Origin: Candidatus Staskawiczbacteria bacterium | GTDB lineage: Bacteria; Patescibacteriota; Minisyncoccia; Minisyncoccales; Staskawiczbacteraceae | Direction: 5' to 3' | Length of the DNA stretch: 59,594 bases | Assembly (NCBI GenBank): GCA_023245145.1 | Contig: JAHFKW010000001.1 | Coordinates: forward strand, 75,823-135,416 | Part shown: positions 53,603-59,594 of the stretch, in pieces | How the letters are laid out: each line of letters opens with the position of its first letter | Position numbering within the stretch: position 1 is the first letter of the stretch | Translations under genes and position numbers: made by a program | Notes under the pieces: generated by a model | What the model was told of the DNA's origin: nothing | What the model saw: only the letters and a program-made list of their open reading frames with translations | Database searches by the model: none

Positions 53603-54124
53603 TTATTTATTACTGTTTGCCCATGCTTCTACATCCGCCATAAACTTTTTTCGTTGCTCATTTTCGTTTGGAGGCAGGGGCGTTGGTGTTGATTGCGGTA
53701 GTGGTTTTGGCACAGTGGCAATTTTTTCCAAAGAAGCCTTAACTTGTGCAATATTGGTTTTTGCCGTCACTTCTTGGGCTATCACACCTTGTTGTTTTTG
53801 AACTAGTCCCCTCAAAGCCTCATCCTTTTTTTCGCGCTCGGACAATGTTGCCGAGCTAACCTGCTGTCTGGTTAATTCAGCTTTTTTAATTTCTCTGGCC
53901 AGTATTTCTTTTTCCTTGATAGCAGATTGAAGTTGATTTTTTAATTCACCTTGCTGTTTTTGGAATAGAAAGTTTTTTTGCTTTTCCGCCTCAGCATTAT
54001 TACTGGTGCTCGGTTGGTTAATAATCTTCTGACTTTCTCTGACGACATCGCCCTCTCTTAATTTCTTAAGATCTTTTTTCATCGTTCTTATACTGCTTCT
54101 TTGTAATAATTCTTTTGTGTCCAT
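53603..54124 (-). CDS. Hypothetical coiled-coil protein
   Basis: IRTMKKDL N-terminus, Q/K/E-rich helix, Pro-rich tail; abuts pnp. Confidence 0.7.
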   Translation of the reverse strand: MDTKELLQRSSIRTMKKDLKKLREGDVVRESQKIINQPSTSNNAEAEKQKNFLFQKQQGELKNQLQSAIKEKEILAREIKKAELTRQQVSSATLSEREKKDEALRGLVQKQQGVIAQEVTAKTNIAQVKASLEKIATVPKPLPQSTPTPLPPNENEQRKKFMADVEAWANSNK

Positions 54125-56248
54125 TTATTTTTTTGCTTTTGGTTTAAAACCGGCTCCGATAGCCGACAGATTAATTCTGCCTAAATCGTCGATTCCCTCC
54201 ACAATCACGGGGATAATTTCACCCTCTTTGACCACTTCGTACACGTTTTTAATTTGTTGTGGTACAAACTTTGAAATATGCACCAAGCCGGATTGTCCAG
54301 GCAAGATGTCTACAAACGCTCCAAAGTCCATGATTTTTCGGACTACGCCATTAAATTTTTCTCCCACCGCCACTTCTCTGACCATACCCTTAATGCGATC
54401 TGCACAAGCTTCAACATTGGCTTGATTTTGTCCGGTAACTGCCACTAATCCCGAATCTTCAATGTCAATGGTGACGTCAAATTCTTCAATTAGTTTATTA
54501 ATCACACTGCCCTTGGGCCCCACCACTTCTCCAATGCGCGACGGATTAATCATAAACGAAATAATCTTTGGTGCATATGGGCTTAGCTCTTTTCGGGGCT
54601 CTGCAATCTTTTCTTTTATTATACCTAAAATTTTCAATCTTGCATCTTTGGCTTTGGTTAAAGCTTCTTGCATAATGGTGTTGCTGATGCCGTCAATTTT
54701 GACATCCAACTGGATAGCAGTGATTCCCGAGCTGGTTCCAGCCACTTTAAAATCCATATCGCCAAAGTGATCCTCTGGACCCTGAATATCGGTTAAGACT
54801 TTATATTTTCCCGACTCCTCATCTTTGGCCAGTCCAATAGAAATACCCGCCACAGGGGCTTTAATGGGTACTCCGGCATCCATAAGTGCTATGGTGGCCG
54901 CACACACCGAAGCCATGGAAGTTGAGCCGTTTGAGCTTAGCGCTTCAGATACAATTCTAATAGTATAGGGGAAAGTTAAAACGTCGGGCAATAGGGGTAA
55001 GAGGGCTTTTTCGGCTAAATGTCCGTGACCGATTTCGCGTCTTTTTGGACCGCGCATAAAACCCGTTTCTCCAGTGGAAAACGGCGGGAAATTGTAGTGG
55101 TGCATGAATCTTCGCTTGCCCACCATTTCCATACCTTCTAAAATTTGCGCGTCACCCGGTCCGCCCAGAGTTAAAATGCTCAACACATTGGTCATGCCAC
55201 GGTGAAAAACTCCGCTACCATGGGTTCGGGGCAAGACGCCTACTTCAGCTACCAAGGTTCTGATTTCTTCCGGTTTTCGGCCATCGGGTCGTTGATTTTT
55301 TTCTAAAATATTTCGGATAATAATTCTTTCGGTTTCTTTTTCAAAATATGGCAAGACTTGTTTACCCTTACCTTCATCGGGGTATTTTTCATCAATGAAC
55401 TTAATTAATTCGGCTTTCAGTGCATCCACGCCGTCCATATTTTTTTCCCCGGCTTTAGCATGGGTGATAGCGTCATCTAATTTGTTGCCCAAAAATGTTT
55501 TAATGTCTTCTCTAATGCCACTTTCCACAGCTGGTGTAAATTCGGCTTTAGGTTTACCGATTTTTTTGGCATTTTTAATCTGAAATTCAATAATGTTTTT
55601 TAACGCATCTTCGGCAAATTTGGTGGCGGTCAAAACATCATCTTCACTGGCTTCTTTGGCGCCCATTTCAATCATGTTAATCAATAGTTCTCCATTTTTT
55701 ACTAAGCCGGTGAGAGTCAAATCCAAATCGCCTTCGGCTCTTTCCTTATACGTTGGGTTTAAGATAAACTTTTCGCCTACGCGCCCAACACGAATTCCGC
55801 CTAAAGGCCCGTTCCAAGGAATGGGTGAAATGGCCAAGGCAAAAGAAGTGGCGATAAAAGCTGGTACATCCGGATCATTTTCTCCGTCCCAGCTTAAAAC
55901 TGTGGCAATTACCTGGACTTCTTTTTTAAAATCTTTAGGGAAAAGTGGCCGAATAGCTCGGTCAATCATTCTGGAAGTCAAAATAGCTTCGTCCGTTGGG
56001 CGTGACTCTCGCTTTAAAAATCGTGAGCCATAAATTTTTCCGGCGGCGTAAAACTTTTCTTCGTATTCAGTTGTCAAAGGGAAAAAATCGATGCCCTCTT
56101 TGGTTTGTTGACTCATGGTGGCGTTGGCTAAAACCACCGTATCTCCATATTGCACCAAACATGACCCACCGGCCTGCATCGCCCAGTCGTTAATCGTAAT
56201 TTTTAACATTTTCCCGCCCACTTCAAGCTCAAATTTTTCTAGTTCCAT
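54125..56248 (-). CDS. pnp: Polyribonucleotide nucleotidyltransferase
   Basis: FFPLT, SRMIDRAIRPLF, RPDGR, HYNFPPFS, RREIGHG, SNGSTSMAS, GDMDFKVAGT, KH and S1 domains. Confidence 0.98.
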   Translation of the reverse strand: MELEKFELEVGGKMLKITINDWAMQAGGSCLVQYGDTVVLANATMSQQTKEGIDFFPLTTEYEEKFYAAGKIYGSRFLKRESRPTDEAILTSRMIDRAIRPLFPKDFKKEVQVIATVLSWDGENDPDVPAFIATSFALAISPIPWNGPLGGIRVGRVGEKFILNPTYKERAEGDLDLTLTGLVKNGELLINMIEMGAKEASEDDVLTATKFAEDALKNIIEFQIKNAKKIGKPKAEFTPAVESGIREDIKTFLGNKLDDAITHAKAGEKNMDGVDALKAELIKFIDEKYPDEGKGKQVLPYFEKETERIIIRNILEKNQRPDGRKPEEIRTLVAEVGVLPRTHGSGVFHRGMTNVLSILTLGGPGDAQILEGMEMVGKRRFMHHYNFPPFSTGETGFMRGPKRREIGHGHLAEKALLPLLPDVLTFPYTIRIVSEALSSNGSTSMASVCAATIALMDAGVPIKAPVAGISIGLAKDEESGKYKVLTDIQGPEDHFGDMDFKVAGTSSGITAIQLDVKIDGISNTIMQEALTKAKDARLKILGIIKEKIAEPRKELSPYAPKIISFMINPSRIGEVVGPKGSVINKLIEEFDVTIDIEDSGLVAVTGQNQANVEACADRIKGMVREVAVGEKFNGVVRKIMDFGAFVDILPGQSGLVHISKFVPQQIKNVYEVVKEGEIIPVIVEGIDDLGRINLSAIGAGFKPKAKK

Positions 56249-56348
56249 TTTGTTTTATTGCGTTTCAAGAGAGAATTTCATTCGCATACTCCGAAGATTT
56301 TCGGAACATTCGGCTGATATTCTCTTATTGAATCCGCAGATTATTTTT

Positions 56349-57131
56349 TTATTTTGTGAATTTAAAGGTGGAAATTATTTTATCTGCCGTAGAAAATCCT
56401 TCTGAGTTATTGTCGTAAGATAGCTTTTTATCTCCACTAGTCCCAATTCTTAATATCTTTTTATTTCCTAAGTCTATAAAATACCAACTATAATAGCTGG
56501 GGACATATTGATCTTTGACGACAAATCTTATCCTCACTAACTTTTTGCCGTTAACTAGAAGCTCTTTTTGTGAGTCCCAATTTACAAGATTAGCTTGTTT
56601 TTCTACATACTCATCAAGACTATCTTCCAAATTATTTATTAAACTAAATTCTAACTTTAAGCCCCCATCAAAAATATTACTTGTTGGCATAAAGTCGATG
56701 AATCCTCCCCAGTCTTCCGTAATACTTTCTGGCCGATTTGTTATGTGCCCGTGAATCTTTGGAGACCCTAATATAGAAGGATAATTAAAAGTAATATCTA
56801 GTAATATTTTTGACTCACTTGATGGGTACATATACGTTTTCCAGCCAGCAGTTTGATTTGCCGGTTTTACACATAAGCCAACGGTTCCGCTTTGGGTAGT
56901 TGGTTGCTGAGCCAAGCCTTCGCAACATAAATCAGCTTTAGTCGCGGGAGCAGCATAGGCGCCGCCCTCTCCAACACATGCTGGTCTTTGATTATTATTT
57001 ACTACGGGATTATGAACTGCAAAATTTTGCTTAAAGTAATACCCCCACCCAAACACCCCGCCAAACAGCACTACGGCGGTGGCGAGGATAATGACAATTC
57101 CAGTTAATGTTGATACTTTTTGGTTTTGCAT
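56349..57131 (-). CDS. Membrane-anchored surface protein, paralog A (WKTY...STFKFTK type)
   Basis: N-terminal TM helix, Cys-rich module (CVGEGG..CCEGL..C), WKTY motif, C-terminal STFKFTK. Confidence 0.75.
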   Translation of the reverse strand: MQNQKVSTLTGIVIILATAVVLFGGVFGWGYYFKQNFAVHNPVVNNNQRPACVGEGGAYAAPATKADLCCEGLAQQPTTQSGTVGLCVKPANQTAGWKTYMYPSSESKILLDITFNYPSILGSPKIHGHITNRPESITEDWGGFIDFMPTSNIFDGGLKLEFSLINNLEDSLDEYVEKQANLVNWDSQKELLVNGKKLVRIRFVVKDQYVPSYYSWYFIDLGNKKILRIGTSGDKKLSYDNNSEGFSTADKIISTFKFTK

Positions 57132-57144
57132 ATTATTTTAAATT

Positions 57145-57507
57145 CTACAGCTCTTGACCACAATCCGAACAGTATTTTATTTTTTTGGTTTTTTTGTTTG
57201 AATCTCCCGATCCCCATATGCCCCTTGTTTCATAAATTACTTCAGCCGCCGCCTTCATGTCTTTATGGAATTTATTAGTACACTTTTCTGGAGCTGATTC
57301 ATTTGCAATAGAAACTCCAGTCATTTCCATTAGTTCATCTTCATTTTTTACCATATTCATAGCTTGATCCAAGCCAGTGGTATGATTGTTCTTTAGGCCA
57401 CAGAAGGGACAGAAATTATCATTGAAAATAGACGCTGCGCCACAACCAGGACATCTAAAAGTATTTTCGGGAGCAGGCTCTATATTTTCTTGTATTTTTT
57501 CTGGCAT
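57145..57507 (-). CDS. Zinc-ribbon hypothetical protein
   Basis: CPGC..CPFC and C..H..CSDC motifs; start trimmed to MPEKIQ. Confidence 0.65.
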   Translation of the reverse strand: MPEKIQENIEPAPENTFRCPGCGAASIFNDNFCPFCGLKNNHTTGLDQAMNMVKNEDELMEMTGVSIANESAPEKCTNKFHKDMKAAAEVIYETRGIWGSGDSNKKTKKIKYCSDCGQEL

Positions 57508-57526
57508 CGGTTTTTGCTGTTTAAAA

Positions 57527-58084
57527 TTATTTCGTGAATTTAAAGGTGGAAAGCATTTTAATAAAGTCTTGATACTCAATCACCTGTTCTATTTTTTTCT
57601 GATTATTTAATTCGTTAAAACCCGCTTCCTGATCTGTTTCAAACCAAACTAAAACTATATCATTATCTTTATTTCTAAACGCATATACTCTTTCAAGCCA
57701 ATTTCCTTTAACTATGAGGTCGGTAACATAAAACGTAATACTATTATTGCTTTCTATAGTCTTTTGTGAACTTAAAAATCTTGATTCATTAGTAGTAGCT
57801 TTTCTAATGTAGACCCATCCTCGGTTGTAATGGCCGCCACTTTCTGGTGTAGTGAAAGACAAATCATATCCATTATAGCCAATTTGGTTTTCTGTAATTT
57901 TACCCATACTTTTTGGATAAGAAAAAGAAATCCCAAATTGATTACTGGTATACGTTTTCCAGTCAGAGGTTTGGGTTCTGGAATTTTTGGAATACCCCCA
58001 CCCAAACACTCCCCCAAACAGCACCGCCGCGGTGGCGAGGATAATGACAATTCCGATGGTGGTTGAAACTTTTTTATTAATCAT
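57527..58084 (-). CDS. Membrane-anchored surface protein, paralog B
   Basis: Same N-terminal TM, WKTY motif and STFKFTK end as paralog A. Confidence 0.75.
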   Translation of the reverse strand: MINKKVSTTIGIVIILATAAVLFGGVFGWGYSKNSRTQTSDWKTYTSNQFGISFSYPKSMGKITENQIGYNGYDLSFTTPESGGHYNRGWVYIRKATTNESRFLSSQKTIESNNSITFYVTDLIVKGNWLERVYAFRNKDNDIVLVWFETDQEAGFNELNNQKKIEQVIEYQDFIKMLSTFKFTK

Positions 58085-58646
58085 TTTTTATTTCTTCCAG
58101 TAATCTATTTAATATATGTAGAGTATTGTGCCTGTCCGCCCATTGTGCAATATATTTCATATTCAGTTTTAAATTTTTATTCTTCAAAACAGTTTTAATA
58201 TCCGCCCACTGCTTGAAAGAATCACTCTCGCGACCCCACATCAATTTGCTTAGTATCAAATCTTCCGGAGAAACGAAGTTAATTTTTTGGCCAAACATTT
58301 CTTTTGCGATAGCTCTTTTTATCTTCAGTTTATCATAAATGCCCCCACCAGTTACGAAAAAATCAACTTTAAGACCTGTGTCTGGATGGATAAAATTAAA
58401 TTCGCTTTCACGGACTAGGGCGTCTTGCATGGTTTCCTCGTCAACGTACACGTTTTTATCTATTGCCAGCAACTTTTTAGCCAAGGGTTTAATGTTTTTT
58501 TTCACTAACTCAACTACTACATCAATATCGGCTGTAAATCTTGGCTGTCCCCATACTGAAATTGCAAATCCGCCAGTTATGACATGGGGAATATCTAGTT
58601 CCTCTAAGATGCTACTTATGGTTTTTAACAGTTCGTCCGGGTCCAT
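58077..58646 (-). CDS. Nucleotidyltransferase, MenT1 (Rv0078A)-like toxin candidate
   Basis: ITGGFAISVWGQPRFTADIDVV, KVDFF, SPEDLILSKL, KQWADI. Confidence 0.75.
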   Translation of the reverse strand: MDPDELLKTISSILEELDIPHVITGGFAISVWGQPRFTADIDVVVELVKKNIKPLAKKLLAIDKNVYVDEETMQDALVRESEFNFIHPDTGLKVDFFVTGGGIYDKLKIKRAIAKEMFGQKINFVSPEDLILSKLMWGRESDSFKQWADIKTVLKNKNLKLNMKYIAQWADRHNTLHILNRLLEEIKND

Positions 58647-58782
58647 TTTTTAAAAGTGTTTTTGATGTTTTTAACTTTCTGCCCAGCATAAAAAATTGGC
58701 TGGTAATCTGTATTTTCTTTTCAGCTGACATATTGTAATAAATATCTTCCTGTATTTTTTGCGCTAATTTTGGAGTTAACAT
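58612..58782 (-). CDS. 56-aa putative antitoxin partner
   Basis: Manual translation MLTPKLAQKIQEDIYYNMSAEKKIQITSQFFMLGRKLKTSKTLLKNGPGRTVKNHK; overlaps the nucleotidyltransferase start. Confidence 0.65.
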   Translation of the reverse strand: MLTPKLAQKIQEDIYYNMSAEKKIQITSQFFMLGRKLKTSKTLLKNGPGRTVKNHK

Positions 58783-58786
58783 ATAT

Positions 58787-59287
58787 TTACTTCCTCAATA
58801 AATACTTCTCATTCTCATCCAAATCAATAAATTCATCGGCAACTTCAATTAACTTTGAAGAAGTGGTTTTGCCAAACGCTAGAATTTCCACGCGCTTGCC
58901 TTGGTTTTTTAAATATTCCACTAAGGGAATAAAATCGCCATCGCCCGAGGCTAGGACAATCACGTCCAGTCCCGGCGATGTCCGAATGGCATCAATCACA
59001 ATTCCCACGTCCCAATCCGCTTTTTTGGCTCCGCCGTAAAATTCTTGCAAATCCCGCACGCGCGTTTCAATCCCCAATTTACTTAACGCATCAAAAAACG
59101 GCTTTTCTTCGCCGGTTTTGGTGCGAACCACATACCCAAACGCGCGGATGAACTTTCTGCCGGAGACGGCAGTTTCTAAAACTTTGGCGAAATTAACTTT
59201 GGATTGATATAAGTTGCGGGCGGAGTAATACAAGTTTTGCACATCTATCAGGACTTCCACTCGTTGTTCTTTAGACTTAGTGAGCAT
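58787..59287 (-). CDS. NYN-domain (LabA/DUF88) protein
   Basis: IDVQNLY, KADWDVGIVIDAI, LASGDGDFIPLV, ADEFIDL. Confidence 0.92.
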   Translation of the reverse strand: MLTKSKEQRVEVLIDVQNLYYSARNLYQSKVNFAKVLETAVSGRKFIRAFGYVVRTKTGEEKPFFDALSKLGIETRVRDLQEFYGGAKKADWDVGIVIDAIRTSPGLDVIVLASGDGDFIPLVEYLKNQGKRVEILAFGKTTSSKLIEVADEFIDLDENEKYLLRK

Positions 59288-59553
59288 TATTTCTTCAGGC
59301 CGATTTTTTTAATAACTTCTTTGTATCTTTTATCGTCCTCTTTTTGCAGGTAGCTGAGTAATTTTTTTCTTTTTACTACCATGCCAATTAACCCTCTTTT
59401 GGAATGTAAATCTTTGGGATGGTCTTTTAGGTGGGCCACCAGAGCATCCATTTCTTCTGACAGTAATCCAATTTGCACATCGGCCGAACCGGTGTCTTTG
59501 GCGTTAATGCCCAAGTCTTTGACAATTTTTGTTTTTACGTCTTTTTTTAGCAT
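59287..59553 (-). CDS. rpsO: 30S ribosomal protein S15
   Basis: DTGSADVQIGLL, HLKDHPKDLHSKRGL, RKKLLSYL. Confidence 0.97.
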   Translation of the reverse strand: MLKKDVKTKIVKDLGINAKDTGSADVQIGLLSEEMDALVAHLKDHPKDLHSKRGLIGMVVKRKKLLSYLQKEDDKRYKEVIKKIGLKK

Positions 59554-59594
59554 GAGTGTATTCTATTATAGTTTTGTTTATTTGTAAAGGGTGC

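Noticed and set aside
56271..56324. Riboswitch upstream of pnp
   Set aside because: Only a loose gagaat/attctc and ccgaa/ttcgg hairpin with no aptamer consensus; it could be another repeat or a processing stem, but cannot be called.
1..59594. Alternative genetic code (TGA as Gly or Trp)
   Set aside because: Conserved genes are uninterrupted under the standard code and TGA ends mutM and ruvC at their expected C-termini.

Overview
Chromosomal window spanning the replication origin (dnaN-dnaA / rpmH-rnpA-yidC-jag) of an AT-rich, small-genome bacterium. Gene content (PrgI/VirB4/VirB6-like cluster without a relaxase, PaaX/Cas2-like gene, degenerate DHH protein, stand-alone 5'-3' exonuclease) points to Patescibacteria/CPR, probably Parcubacteria (inference). 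Housekeeping genes include ileS, argS, smpB-ssrA, infC-rpmI-rplT, polX, greA, a Mur ligase, ruvABC, uvrB, rpsT, holA, mutM, tsaE, a PilB-like ATPase, comEA, PBP1A, rsmA, comM, pnp and rpsO. No CRISPR array, rRNA or tRNA was seen. The most striking unexplained structures: (1) seven solo gene cassettes with leader, strong Shine-Dalgarno and intrinsic terminator, set among resident genes that often look leaderless (-10 box, 6 nt, ATG); one encodes a Planctomycetes-like STAS protein with Ala at the phospho-Ser position; (2) a wHTH/Cas2-fold gene bracketed by 22-bp inverted repeats; (3) several short repeat families inserted in frame into essential genes and at gene starts, one beside a GIY-YIG nuclease; (4) a ~140-nt 6S-like rod RNA; (5) two surface-protein paralogs sharing only three DNA blocks.
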